A stretch of DNA of 64,000 nucleotides from Candidatus Gottesmanbacteria bacterium RIFCSPLOWO2_01_FULL_39_12b. Lineage in GTDB: Bacteria > Patescibacteriota > Microgenomatia > 2-02-FULL-39-11. Of this stretch, positions 39,878 through 49,984 are shown piece after piece. The notes under the pieces are model-generated. The model made no database searches. It was not told the DNA's origin and was given only the letters and a program-made list of their open reading frames with translations. Each line of letters begins with the position of its first letter. Position 1 is the stretch's first letter. The stretch spans positions 75,053 through 139,052 of the forward strand of contig MFJR01000007.1 of the NCBI GenBank assembly GCA_001780955.1, read 5' to 3'. Position numbers and translations under genes: made by a program.

Positions 39878-41713
39878 ATGCAATTTACTATGCAGCAGAA
39901 ACTGTCTGATTTTGTCGTCCAGTTTATTGAAGAATTAGGAGTAAAGCATATTTTCCTTGTATCAGGTGGGGGGAATATTCATCTGATTGATTCAGTTGGA
40001 AAGAGTAAAAAATTTGACTACGTTTGTAATCATCACGAGCAAGCCTCAGCTACCTCAGCTGAAAGCTATGCTAGAGTTACAGGAAATATAGGTGTATGTT
40101 TGACTACAACCGGTCCGGGAGGAACGAATGCCATAACAGGTGTTCTTGGTGCCTGGCAAGACTCAATTCCTATTTTGGTTATTTCCGGTCAAGTAAAAAG
40201 AGAACTTCTTTCCTGGAAAGTTGATAAAAATCTGCGGCAGCTGGGAGACCAGGAAGTGAATATCGTTGAGATGGTGAAATCTATCACAAAATACAGCGTT
40301 ACGGTAATGGAGGCTTCGGATATTCGTTATCATTTGGAAAAAGCGGTTTACTTGGCAAGAAGTGGCAGACCCGGTCCGGTTTGGCTGGATATACCTCTTG
40401 ATATCCAGGGATCATTTATAGACCCAGCGAGTTTGCGAGGATTTGGTCCAAAAGAATTAACTCCTTCTTATCAGACGAACAAACAAAAAATTAAGGAATT
40501 AGTAAAAGTTGTAGTTCAAAGACTAGAAAAAGCAGAAAGACCCGTTCTTTATGCAGGTCATGGTATCCGGTTAAGCGGGGCGGAAAAGGAATTTTTGGAA
40601 TTTGTAAACAAGTTAAAAATTCCGGTGCTTTTAAGCTATGCAGGCTATGATTTACTTCCAAATGAGCATCCGTATTATTTTGGCAGAGCTCATGCTTTTG
40701 GACAACGAGCGGCAAATTTTATTATCCAAAATAGCGATTTATTAATCTCAGTTGGAGCCCGTTTTGATGTTCGAACCATAGGATTTACTTACAAAGCGTT
40801 TGCGAGGGCCGCGTATAAAGTAATGGTGGATATAGATAGGGGAGAACTTGAGAAACCCATTCTATCGCCTGACTTTCCCATTAACTGTGACGCAAAAGAG
40901 TTTATCTTGGAGATGATAAACCAACTTAAACAAAAACCGTTCAAAAAAAATATTTCAGACTGGCTAAATTATGGTAGAAGTTTAAACAAAAAATATCCAG
41001 TTGTTTTACCCCAATATTGGCAGGAAAGGAAGTATGTGAATCCTTACTGTTTCATAGAAACAATAGGCAAATATCTGAAACCGGATGAGATCATTGTATT
41101 ATCGGATGGTGTAGGACCTTTAAATTGTATGTATCAAGCTTTTGTAGTAAAAAAGGGGCAGAGAATAATTTTGAATAACGGGTGTGCTCAGATGGGGTAT
41201 GGTTTACCTGCGGCAGTAGGGGCGGCTTTTGCAGCCGGTAAAAAGAAGCGAATAGTTTGTTTTGAAGGTGATGGGAGTCTGCAGTTAAATATCCACGAAC
41301 TTCAAGTGATGAAACATCATAACCTTTCCATAAAACTTTTCATTTATAGCAATGATGGTTATCTCTCAATCCGCAATACGCAAAATAATCTTTTTGAGAA
41401 GAGACATGTTGCGGTTGATTCACACAGTGGTGTAAGTTCTCCTGATTTTGTGAAAGTAGCCAAAGCTTACGGTTTTCCTGCAGAACGCATATACAATCAT
41501 AAGGATATGGAAGAAAAAATCCAGAAAGTATTAAATTTTCCAGGACCCATAGTTTGTGATATAAATGCAGTGCGTGAGCTTATGCTCAGGCCTAAACTCA
41601 TGGCCAAAAAACTTCCAAACGGACAATTTGTATCGCCTCCTCTTGAAGATATGGGTCCGTTTCTGCCCCGAGACGAATTTAAACAAAATATGCTTATACC
41701 TATATGGGAATAA
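39878..41713 (+). CDS. ThDP-dependent acetolactate-synthase-like enzyme, YerE-like branched-sugar synthase
   Basis: HHEQ, TTGPGGTNAITG, QLGDQE, GRPGPVWLDIPLD, MGYGLP, GDGSLQLN...NDGY ThDP motif; located in a sugar cluster with no ilvH/ilvC; likely start 39890 after TGaTATAAT (39868-39876). Confidence 0.8.
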   Translation: MQFTMQQKLSDFVVQFIEELGVKHIFLVSGGGNIHLIDSVGKSKKFDYVCNHHEQASATSAESYARVTGNIGVCLTTTGPGGTNAITGVLGAWQDSIPILVISGQVKRELLSWKVDKNLRQLGDQEVNIVEMVKSITKYSVTVMEASDIRYHLEKAVYLARSGRPGPVWLDIPLDIQGSFIDPASLRGFGPKELTPSYQTNKQKIKELVKVVVQRLEKAERPVLYAGHGIRLSGAEKEFLEFVNKLKIPVLLSYAGYDLLPNEHPYYFGRAHAFGQRAANFIIQNSDLLISVGARFDVRTIGFTYKAFARAAYKVMVDIDRGELEKPILSPDFPINCDAKEFILEMINQLKQKPFKKNISDWLNYGRSLNKKYPVVLPQYWQERKYVNPYCFIETIGKYLKPDEIIVLSDGVGPLNCMYQAFVVKKGQRIILNNGCAQMGYGLPAAVGAAFAAGKKKRIVCFEGDGSLQLNIHELQVMKHHNLSIKLFIYSNDGYLSIRNTQNNLFEKRHVAVDSHSGVSSPDFVKVAKAYGFPAERIYNHKDMEEKIQKVLNFPGPIVCDINAVRELMLRPKLMAKKLPNGQFVSPPLEDMGPFLPRDEFKQNMLIPIWE

Positions 41714-42630
41714 TTAAAAGGAAAAACATTTTTATTACCGGCGGGTCAGGATTTATTGGCAGAAATTTACAGGAATATTTACATTCAAAATACACAATTT
41801 TTGCTCCATCTCATGTTGAACTTGATCTTCTGGATACAAAAAAAGTTGAACGCTTCATCCAGAATAACAATATTCAGATTATCATCCATGGGGCAAATAT
41901 TGGTGGAGGAAGGGATACGATAGATCAAAGAGATGTAGTTCAAACAAATTTGACGATTTTTTTTAATATCGTACGAAATCTTGATAGCCTTGAAAAAGTA
42001 ATTCATCTAGGGTCTGGAGCTGAATACGACAAGAGCAGGCCACTTATAGATGTGAAAGAAGGGGATTTTGATAAACAGATACCTCAGGATGATTATGGAT
42101 TTTATAAATATGTTTGTTCAAAGTATATCGACAAAACGGATAAAATCATATCTCTGAGGTTGTTTGCAGTATACGGTAAATATGAAAATTATCTCTTTAA
42201 GTTCATCTCAAATGCAATTCTCAAGAATTTATTTCACTTACCAATTATTATTAGCCAAAACGTATATTTTGACTATTTGTATATTGAAGATCTTATAAAA
42301 ATTATTGATTATTTCATAAACCATACTGCAAAACATAATGCATATAATATTTCAAGCGGAAAAAGAATTGATCTTCTTACGATTTCAGAAACTATTAATA
42401 ATATAAGCAATTTCAAATCAAAAATTATTCTTCTCAATAAAGGGTTAAATCACGAATATAGTGCAGATAATCATAGATTAACTAAAGAAATAACTGGTTT
42501 AAGTTTTACTTCTATAGAAGAGGGAATTAGAAAACTGTATGATTGGTATAAAAGTAATTTATTCAAAATAAATAGAAATGAAATAAAACAAGATCGTTAT
42601 ATTAAGTATATAAATGTGAAAAGGGATTAA
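41704..42630 (+). CDS. NAD-dependent epimerase/reductase (extended SDR)
   Basis: ITGGSGFIG, GSGAEYD, YGFYK (YxxxK). Confidence 0.85.
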   Translation: MGIIKRKNIFITGGSGFIGRNLQEYLHSKYTIFAPSHVELDLLDTKKVERFIQNNNIQIIIHGANIGGGRDTIDQRDVVQTNLTIFFNIVRNLDSLEKVIHLGSGAEYDKSRPLIDVKEGDFDKQIPQDDYGFYKYVCSKYIDKTDKIISLRLFAVYGKYENYLFKFISNAILKNLFHLPIIISQNVYFDYLYIEDLIKIIDYFINHTAKHNAYNISSGKRIDLLTISETINNISNFKSKIILLNKGLNHEYSADNHRLTKEITGLSFTSIEEGIRKLYDWYKSNLFKINRNEIKQDRYIKYINVKRD

Positions 42631-42637
42631 AATCTAT

Positions 42638-43609
42638 ATGGTTAATAAAAGTTTGTCGGTGGTCGTACCTTGCTTTAATGAGGCAAAGAATATCCTCGAG
42701 ATGTACCGAAGGTTAAAAGAGGTATTAAGGAAAAATATTTCGGGTTACGAAATAATTTTTGTAGATAACGGAAGCACCGATCAATCTAGTAAAATATTTC
42801 AATCTATTGTAAAAAAGGATCCACATGTGGGAGTTTTAGTATATTCGCGTAATTTTGGTGCTCATGGAGCTTACACAGGAGGATTGGATTACGTAAAAGG
42901 AGAAGCTGTTGTTTTTATAGACGGTGATCAGCAAGATCCACCTGAGCTTATTGAAGAAATGATTATCAAGTGGCAGGAGGGTTATGATATTGTATATGGA
43001 ATAAGAAAAAGAAGAAAAGGAAATGTTTTAAGAAAATTATTTACAATATTCTTTTATAGAATTCTTAATAAACTCTCTTATGTAAAAATACCTCTGGACG
43101 CGGGTGATTTCTCATTAATGGATCGAAAAGTAGTTGAACTTATTAAAAATATGCCCGAACATAATAAATACTTTACAGGACTTAGAGCGTGGGTTGGGTT
43201 CAGACAAATAGGCATTGAGTATAGTAGAGCAAAAAGAAATGCAGGGGTAACGAAATTCAGTTTTATTGACTATATTAAGTGGGCTCTGCATAGCATTTCA
43301 TCTTTTTCATATAAGCCTCTTGAACTAATTTCTTATCTTGCTACTTTGGTGTTTCTTGTATCCTTTTTTGGAATTTTTGTCTATATTTTAGATTTTTTCT
43401 TTTATCCTAATAATCCTCGGGGTTTCATCACGCTTATTTTGGTTACCTTATTTCTTGGTGGTGTACAGCTATTGTGTCTTAGTATTATTGGGCAATATTT
43501 GGCAAATATATTCGAAGAAGTTAAAAATAGACCTAAGTATATTGTTAAAGAATCTTTTGGAAAGACGCTTCTTTTCAAAAAGAGCGTTCATGGTCAGGAA
43601 TATTCTTAG
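42638..43609 (+). CDS. GtrB/ArnC-like undecaprenyl-phosphate glycosyltransferase
   Basis: VPCFNE, VDNGSTD, SRNFG, DGDQQDPPE, AGDFSLMDR, GLRAWVGF, 2 TMs, EEVKNRPKYIV. Confidence 0.88.
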   Translation: MVNKSLSVVVPCFNEAKNILEMYRRLKEVLRKNISGYEIIFVDNGSTDQSSKIFQSIVKKDPHVGVLVYSRNFGAHGAYTGGLDYVKGEAVVFIDGDQQDPPELIEEMIIKWQEGYDIVYGIRKRRKGNVLRKLFTIFFYRILNKLSYVKIPLDAGDFSLMDRKVVELIKNMPEHNKYFTGLRAWVGFRQIGIEYSRAKRNAGVTKFSFIDYIKWALHSISSFSYKPLELISYLATLVFLVSFFGIFVYILDFFFYPNNPRGFITLILVTLFLGGVQLLCLSIIGQYLANIFEEVKNRPKYIVKESFGKTLLFKKSVHGQEYS

Positions 43610-43664
43610 TTTCAATTTTCACTAATTATTGTAGTAATGAATCCAAGATGATATTCTAAGTAAA

Positions 43665-44654
43665 ATGGATAAAAAATTTTGGAAAAAAAGAAATGTTTTT
43701 ATAACTGGAAGCACTGGTTTACTGGGTTTCTGGATAGCAAAATATTTATCGGATTATAAGGCAAACATAATTGCTTTAATTCACAACGATATTCCTCAAC
43801 CATTTATTAAAACCTTTTCTCGCATTACTGTGGTGAAAGGTGAGGTGACAGATTATAAAAAAATTCTTTCTTTACTAAACAAACATAATATAGAAATTGT
43901 TTTTCCGCTTGCAGCACAGACCATTTCTCCAGTTGCTAATACAAATCCAATTCATACTTTTGAAACTAATATAAAAGGAGCATGGATTACTTTAGAAGCT
44001 TGCAGAAACTCAAAGACAGTCAAAAGAATTATTTTTCCTTCAACCGATAAGGTATACGGTGAAGAAGAACGTCTTCCTTATACTGAAAATTCCAGGTTAA
44101 CTGCAAAGAGGCCATATACAGTTTCCAAAAGCTGTGCTGATCTTATAGCACAGGCTTATCATGCAAGTTATAATTTGCCTATTTGCATAACACGGTTTGG
44201 CAATTTTTTTGGAGGAGGAGACTTACGTTTTGACAGGCTTGTTCCATCCGTTATTTATTCAGCATTATATAATAAACCACTTGTCGTACGAAGCGATGGG
44301 AAATATATGAGAGATTTTATATATGTAGAAGATGCAGCAAGAGCTTGTATTGAATTAACAGAAGTAATGGATAGCCTAAAAATCCTTGGAAACGCCTTCA
44401 ATTTTAGTTACGAAAAACCGTTTGAGGTTTTAGAGCTCGTTGAACTGATTCTAAAAAAAATGGAATCTCCTGTTAAACCGAGAGTATTGGGACTTACATT
44501 AAATGAGGTAAGAGATCAATATCTATCTTCCAAAAAATCAAGAACACTGCTTGGCTGGAAACCTTCTTTTACTGTTGAACAAGGAATAGAACGGACAATT
44601 AAATGGTATAGAGATTATTTTAAACATATACGCCAGGATAACGACTCAATATGA
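43665..44654 (+). CDS. CDP-glucose 4,6-dehydratase-like extended SDR (RfbG-like paralog)
   Basis: FWKKRNVFITGSTGLLG, LAAQT, STDKVYG, PYTVSKSCAD, RFGNFFGGGD. Confidence 0.75.
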   Translation: MDKKFWKKRNVFITGSTGLLGFWIAKYLSDYKANIIALIHNDIPQPFIKTFSRITVVKGEVTDYKKILSLLNKHNIEIVFPLAAQTISPVANTNPIHTFETNIKGAWITLEACRNSKTVKRIIFPSTDKVYGEEERLPYTENSRLTAKRPYTVSKSCADLIAQAYHASYNLPICITRFGNFFGGGDLRFDRLVPSVIYSALYNKPLVVRSDGKYMRDFIYVEDAARACIELTEVMDSLKILGNAFNFSYEKPFEVLELVELILKKMESPVKPRVLGLTLNEVRDQYLSSKKSRTLLGWKPSFTVEQGIERTIKWYRDYFKHIRQDNDSI

Positions 44655-45319
44655 ATAAGAAAACAGTACTTATAACCGGAACTTCACGTGGAATAGGATT
44701 TGCAATTAGAAAAATTCTTGAAAAGGAAAAATACGTTATTGTTGCTCCTAATCGACAGGAATTAAATTTAGCAGATAAGCATTCTGTTGAATACTTTATT
44801 CATAAAAATAGAAATTTAAATATTGATATCCTGATCAATAACGCAGGTATTAACAATCCTGAGTGGATCCAAAATCTGGACGATAAAAATATTGAAGAAT
44901 CTATGGAGGTAAATTTAATTTCCCCTATCAAGTTGATAAAAGCATTTGTTGGGCATATGATACAAAATAAATGGGGACGGATTGTAAATATAAGTTCTAT
45001 ATTTGGTGTTGTTGCCCGGGGAAAACAAGTCATGTATGCCGCTACAAAACATGGCCTGAATGGAGTTACAAAAGCTCTTGCGTTGGAACTAGGACCGTAT
45101 AATATTCTTGTGAATTCGGTCTGTCCCGGTTTTACCAATACTGATTTGGTGAAGAGAAACTCAAAAGAAAAAAATGCAGAAATAGCTTGCGATATTCCTC
45201 TTGGTCGTTTTGCAGAGCCAGAAGAAATTGCAGAATGTGTTCTTTTCCTTATTTCAGAAAAAAATACTTACATGAACGGAGCCAATATCATGATTGACGG
45301 CGGTTTTACCTGCAGATAG
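44651..45319 (+). CDS. Classical short-chain dehydrogenase/reductase
   Basis: TGTSRGIG, NNAG, NISS, YAATK, PGFTNT, IDGG. Confidence 0.88.
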   Translation: MNKKTVLITGTSRGIGFAIRKILEKEKYVIVAPNRQELNLADKHSVEYFIHKNRNLNIDILINNAGINNPEWIQNLDDKNIEESMEVNLISPIKLIKAFVGHMIQNKWGRIVNISSIFGVVARGKQVMYAATKHGLNGVTKALALELGPYNILVNSVCPGFTNTDLVKRNSKEKNAEIACDIPLGRFAEPEEIAECVLFLISEKNTYMNGANIMIDGGFTCR

Positions 45320-45321
45320 TC

Positions 45322-46419
45322 TTGTCTATGGATGAATTAGTCATCAAATCAAAAATAAAGGATTTTAAAGTTAAATTCGTTGATAATACAAATTTCCTTA
45401 AGGAAATGTTTACTATTCCTCATTATGTCGTTTTCGTAGGATCAATAGTCCACGAGTTTTACAAAGAAAAAATATTCGATCGGTTTCCCAACGAAAAAAT
45501 GATCGTTATGAAGCTTGATGAGGAAAAAAAGACAATCGATACTGCCATTAAACTTTATAAAAAGCTGATGACTAAACAAGGAAAGAAAAACCTGACCATG
45601 ATCTCTTTCGGCGGCGGCATAAATCAGGATATTGCTGGATTTGTTGCTTCCACTCTTTATCGGGGTATAAATTGGATTTATGTACCTACTACGCTTCTTG
45701 CTATGGCAGACAGTTCGATAGGATTGAAAACCTCCCTCAACTTTGGCTCAATTAAAAACATGATCGGTTCGTTTTATCCCCCGACTGAAGTTTATATCGA
45801 TATAAATTTCCTAAAAACGCTAAAAAGGCAAGATTATGCCAGTGGAGTCGGAGAGATAATGAAGCTTCTTCTGATGAAAGAAGATTCATCTAAGAACTTG
45901 GCTAAAATAGTGGAAAAAGTAGAAATATTAGACTGCCAAGAAGATAAAAAAAGGATGATAGAGATCATCAAAGAAGCCATGCAGATAAAATTAAGCTATA
46001 TGGAAGGTGATGAATTTGATAAAGGGAGAAGAAATTTGCTCAATTACGGGCATGAATTCGGGCATGCGCTTGAGCCAGCCTCCGATTATCAGGTCCCACA
46101 TGGGATTGCTATAGTAATTGGTATGATTTTTGCAAACTATATTTCAGTAAAAAGAAAATGGATGAGGAGTAAACTATTTGACTACCTGAATGAGAATATA
46201 TTTATTCCGTATATGAGAAGGAGTATGATAAAATTGAAAAAAGATTTTTTTAAACCGAGTACGCTTTTAGCGAATATGAAAAAGGATAAAAAAAGAGAGT
46301 CAAGCGATCTTGTACTCATTTTGCCCAAAGAAAATTTGAATTTGTGTAAAGTCCAAGATTTAACGATACAAGAATTTGAAACAGGGCTTAGAGAAGTGCA
46401 AAAAATATTAATATTTTAA
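45322..46419 (+). CDS. 3-dehydroquinate synthase-like sugar-phosphate cyclase
   Basis: GGGINQD, RGI, PTTLLAMADSSIGLK, KNMIGSFYPP, LLNYGHEFGHALE, HGIA; no other shikimate genes in the window. Confidence 0.8.
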   Translation: MSMDELVIKSKIKDFKVKFVDNTNFLKEMFTIPHYVVFVGSIVHEFYKEKIFDRFPNEKMIVMKLDEEKKTIDTAIKLYKKLMTKQGKKNLTMISFGGGINQDIAGFVASTLYRGINWIYVPTTLLAMADSSIGLKTSLNFGSIKNMIGSFYPPTEVYIDINFLKTLKRQDYASGVGEIMKLLLMKEDSSKNLAKIVEKVEILDCQEDKKRMIEIIKEAMQIKLSYMEGDEFDKGRRNLLNYGHEFGHALEPASDYQVPHGIAIVIGMIFANYISVKRKWMRSKLFDYLNENIFIPYMRRSMIKLKKDFFKPSTLLANMKKDKKRESSDLVLILPKENLNLCKVQDLTIQEFETGLREVQKILIF

Positions 46420-46436
46420 TAGCAAAAGGAGAAATT

Positions 46437-47231
46437 ATGAACGATTTAGAGAATAAAATGGTTGAATCGTTGATTAACTTAAGAGATAAACATGGGGTAA
46501 TAGAGGTTAAGGCAGAGTTTGAAGCAGAAGCTTCCCGCATGAATGAACTCATGCGGTTAAAAGAGGTAGCGGATAAAGCAGGCTTAGGTTTAGTATTAAA
46601 AGTAGGAGGAGCTGAAGCGATTACCGATATGTTTGAAGCACAGCATATCGGAGTGACGGGACTTATTGCTCCCATGATTGAAAGTGCTTATGCCATGAAA
46701 AAATATCTTGAAGCAATAGGGAAATATTTTCCGCAGGATCTTAGGAAGACTATTCATTTTGGAGTTAATATAGAGACGTATCAGGCGTATAAAAATCTTG
46801 AAGAAATGCTTAATTTGCAAAAGATACACTTTATTGACACAATAACCTTGGGAAGAGTAGACATGTGTGGCTCTCTCAATATCTCAAGAATGGATATTAA
46901 CTGCGACCAAATTTTTGATATTGCTCTTGATATATTTACCAAAGCAAAGAAAAAAGGCATGCGGACAACTATGGGAGGAGGAATAGCCAAAGAAGCAATT
47001 CCGTTTATAAAGAAATTAGCTTCAAAAAAACTTTTGGATAGATACGAAACAAGGAAAATTGTGTTTCCTGTTGCAAAAAGTTTAACAAATATCAAAGAAG
47101 GGATCATTGCCGCAAATTCTTTTGAACTTCTTTGGCTGGAAAATAAAAAAAATTACTATTCCCTTATTTCTACCGAGGATGATTTAAGAATAGTAATGTT
47201 GAATAGCAGAATACCCCAAAAACAGGCATGA
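46437..47231 (+). CDS. HpcH/HpaI aldolase / citrate lyase-like TIM-barrel protein
   Basis: KAEFEAE, LKVGGAEA, APMIES, NIET, GRVD; clear SD (AAGGAG) upstream. Confidence 0.7.
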   Translation: MNDLENKMVESLINLRDKHGVIEVKAEFEAEASRMNELMRLKEVADKAGLGLVLKVGGAEAITDMFEAQHIGVTGLIAPMIESAYAMKKYLEAIGKYFPQDLRKTIHFGVNIETYQAYKNLEEMLNLQKIHFIDTITLGRVDMCGSLNISRMDINCDQIFDIALDIFTKAKKKGMRTTMGGGIAKEAIPFIKKLASKKLLDRYETRKIVFPVAKSLTNIKEGIIAANSFELLWLENKKNYYSLISTEDDLRIVMLNSRIPQKQA

Positions 47232-48205
47232 AAAAAATAGTTTCAGTTGTTATTCCAACCTATAACGAAGAGGAAAACATAGAATACGCGTATGGTGAAA
47301 TAAAGAAAATATTTCGTTTGTTACCGAAGTATGATTACGAAATTGTCTTTGTAGACAATTATAGTACTGATTATTCAAGAAAGATAATAAAAGAAATAGC
47401 AAAAAAAGACGGTAAAGTAACAGCACTTTTCATGTCAAGAAATTTTACCTCTGAATATTCCTCTCAAGCAGCAATGAAACAGGCAATAGGAGATGCGATA
47501 ACGGTTGTAGACTGTGATTTGCAGGATCCCCCAGAAGTAATCCCGCGGTTCATTGCTGAATGGGAAAAAGGATATCAGGTAATTATAGGAGTAAGAAACA
47601 AAATCAATGATACGTTTTTGATGAGCAAAGTTAGAAGACTATTTTATGTTTTTTTTAAAAAACTAGCCAATATCGATATGCCTCTAAATGCCGGAAGTTT
47701 TTGCCTTTTGGATCGAAAAGTGATGGATGTTATAAATAGTCTTCCAGAGAGAAATCGTTTCTTTCGAGGACTCCGAGCTTGGGTCGGGTTCCGAGTATCC
47801 AAAGTGTATTATGAGAGAAAAGCTCGTCACTTGGGTGAAAGTAAGAATAAATTTTCCGATTACATCAATGATTCAGAGAGAGGGTTGTTGGGATTTTCAT
47901 TTATTCCTTTGGATGTTATGACATCTTTGGGGCTTTTATTAGTATGTGCGTCATTTGTTTTTATAGTAGGATATTTGTTTATGGTCTTTGTCTATGGGAA
48001 TCCAGTAAATGCGTCTATTCCGATTTTAATCGCTATCGTCTTTTTTGGAGGTGTGCAAACGCTTGCTATCAGTATCGTTGGGAAATATATTCAAATTATT
48101 TTTGAAGAAGTGAAAGGGAGACCTACGTATATAATCGATGAGGTTATTAACGATCATCGTCAGAGTTTAACCTATAAGACTCCAAAATTGCTGTACCAAT
48201 CGTAG
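47228..48205 (+). CDS. GtrB/ArnC-like undecaprenyl-phosphate glycosyltransferase
   Basis: IPTYNEE, VDNYSTD, SRNF, DCDLQDPPE, RGLRAWVGF, 2 TMs, EEVKGRPTYII. Confidence 0.88.
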   Translation: MKKIVSVVIPTYNEEENIEYAYGEIKKIFRLLPKYDYEIVFVDNYSTDYSRKIIKEIAKKDGKVTALFMSRNFTSEYSSQAAMKQAIGDAITVVDCDLQDPPEVIPRFIAEWEKGYQVIIGVRNKINDTFLMSKVRRLFYVFFKKLANIDMPLNAGSFCLLDRKVMDVINSLPERNRFFRGLRAWVGFRVSKVYYERKARHLGESKNKFSDYINDSERGLLGFSFIPLDVMTSLGLLLVCASFVFIVGYLFMVFVYGNPVNASIPILIAIVFFGGVQTLAISIVGKYIQIIFEEVKGRPTYIIDEVINDHRQSLTYKTPKLLYQS

Positions 48206-49134
48206 ATCTGTTTTATAATACCGCATAATGTGAATTTCGGCTTCCAACCTAATTTTTTCTCTATCTTTGCATAGTCAAGAGATTGAAAAGGAATTTCATT
48301 CCGAGCAGTATTTAATATCTTATAGTCGATTTTTTTCTGTAGGGTTTTCTCAATAAGTGTTATTAAATTTAGAACCGATAAATTCTCACTTGACCCGAAA
48401 TTGAACGCTTCTCCTTTTACTTTCCCAATATTTTTAGCAAGTAGTAGATAGCCATGTATCACATCTTTTACATAAATATAATCTCGGATATAAGTGCCAT
48501 CACTCCGTATCTTAAGAGATTCTTTGGTTGCAAGAGATTTCATAATGCCCGGAATAACGCGGGAAAAATTCAGATCTCCTTCGCCGTAAACGTTTCCAAA
48601 GCGTGTTACCACAACTGGAAGTCCGTAGGTCTTGAAGTAAGAATAGCTGATAAGGTCAGCAGCAGATTTAGATACTTCGTAAGGGTGATCACCCCGTAGT
48701 GGAGTATCTTCAACATATTTCTTTTCCGTTTTTCCATAAGCTTTATCGGAAGAAGCGACTATAATACCTTTTACCTTTGGAAAAAGGCGAGCACTTTCTA
48801 ATACATTTGTAGTACCGAGAATATTTGTTTCAAGAGTTCTTTTCGGGTTAGCATAGGCTATATCGACAAGCGGTTGGGCAGCAAGATGGAAAATCAGGTC
48901 GATGTCAAACTTAGTTACTAGATCAAACACGCTCTCAAAATTACAGATGTCTATATATACCAACGTCGTTTGTTCATCCAAGTTTCGGGAATAAAAATAA
49001 GAGTGAGGATTTCTAGTCTGATAAGTACTTATTACGTGGGCTTTTTGTCTTATCAATTCCTCAATCAGGTGAGACCCGATAAATCCTGTTCCACCTGTGA
49101 CTAATATGTTTTTGTCGGTAAAGTTTATTTCCAT
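48172..49134 (-). CDS. CDP-glucose 4,6-dehydratase-like (RfbG/DdhB family)
   Basis: VTGGTGFIG, HLAAQPLV, SSDKAYG, PYEVSKSAAD, RFGNVYGEGD; directly downstream of rfbF; start at MEINF (49134). Confidence 0.8.
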   Translation of the reverse strand: MEINFTDKNILVTGGTGFIGSHLIEELIRQKAHVISTYQTRNPHSYFYSRNLDEQTTLVYIDICNFESVFDLVTKFDIDLIFHLAAQPLVDIAYANPKRTLETNILGTTNVLESARLFPKVKGIIVASSDKAYGKTEKKYVEDTPLRGDHPYEVSKSAADLISYSYFKTYGLPVVVTRFGNVYGEGDLNFSRVIPGIMKSLATKESLKIRSDGTYIRDYIYVKDVIHGYLLLAKNIGKVKGEAFNFGSSENLSVLNLITLIEKTLQKKIDYKILNTARNEIPFQSLDYAKIEKKLGWKPKFTLCGIIKQIYDWYSNFGVL

Positions 49135-49904
49135 ATTTTCCAGGGCGCGTTTCCTTTTTTCCAAATATTATTTAATTCTTCATACTCTTTATTAGTATCG
49201 ACTGCAAACCAAAACCCTTCATGTTTATATAGGGATAACTGATTTATGTTCGCTAATCTTTTTAAAGCTGCATGTTCCAACTCTCCTGGTTTCTGATAAT
49301 CGAAATATCTTTTATCAAACATCATAAATCCTCCATTAACCCAGTCTTTAAGAACTGGTTTTTCGGAAAATTGAGTGACAAGATTGTCGTTATTTGTTTT
49401 AACCGCACCGAATTTAAATTTGGGATGAATACCGGTTATGGTTCCAATAGTTTTCTGTTGGTAGTGAAATTTTACTAGCTCTCCTATATTCACATTTGCT
49501 ACTCCATCACCATAGGTAACCATAAACGACTTATCAGTTTCTGGTAGGTATTTTTGGCACCTGAGTATGCGTTCTCCAGGAAGTGTTTCCAATCCCGTGT
49601 CTACAAAAGTTATCTTGAAGTTATCACGTTTTTCAAAATCATTTAAATAATATTTTGCCTTATGATTTATAGTATTGAGGGTGAAATCAGAGGTAAATGC
49701 TTTTTGATTCAGAAAAAAATCCTTAATGTAGTTAGCTTTATATCCCAAGGCTAAGATAAATTCATTATATCCATAACTGGCATATATCTTCATGATATGC
49801 CATACAATCGGTTGATCACCGATATAAACCATCGGTTTAGGTTTGAATTCCGTTTCTTCTTTCAGCCTGGTACCGATGCCCCCGCAAAGAATTATTGTTT
49901 TCAC
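49125..49904 (-). CDS. rfbF: Glucose-1-phosphate cytidylyltransferase
   Basis: LCGGIGTRLKEETEFKPKPMV, WHIMKIY, VDTG, TYGDGV, WVNGGF, HEGFW..DT, APWKIW; GTG start. Confidence 0.9.
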   Translation of the reverse strand: MKTIILCGGIGTRLKEETEFKPKPMVYIGDQPIVWHIMKIYASYGYNEFILALGYKANYIKDFFLNQKAFTSDFTLNTINHKAKYYLNDFEKRDNFKITFVDTGLETLPGERILRCQKYLPETDKSFMVTYGDGVANVNIGELVKFHYQQKTIGTITGIHPKFKFGAVKTNNDNLVTQFSEKPVLKDWVNGGFMMFDKRYFDYQKPGELEHAALKRLANINQLSLYKHEGFWFAVDTNKEYEELNNIWKKGNAPWKIWK

Positions 49905-49984
49905 AATTGATAGTATACAGAATATTTCTCTTATTTACCAACTCAAGGTTGGAGTATAGTCGAGTCTCAGTTTTCGGATACTGA

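Noticed and set aside
39878-41713. Acetolactate synthase for branched-chain amino acid synthesis
   Set aside because: No small subunit or ilvC/ilvD; it is coupled to an NDP-sugar reductase and GT2, as expected for YerE-like enzymes
45322-46419. Housekeeping aroB
   Set aside because: No other aro genes in the window and it sits inside a sugar operon; gene symbol withheld
49935-49984. Weak hairpins (CCAAC/GTTGG, TCAGT/ACTGA) as a terminator
   Set aside because: Stems are only about 5 bp, with no convincing U-tract
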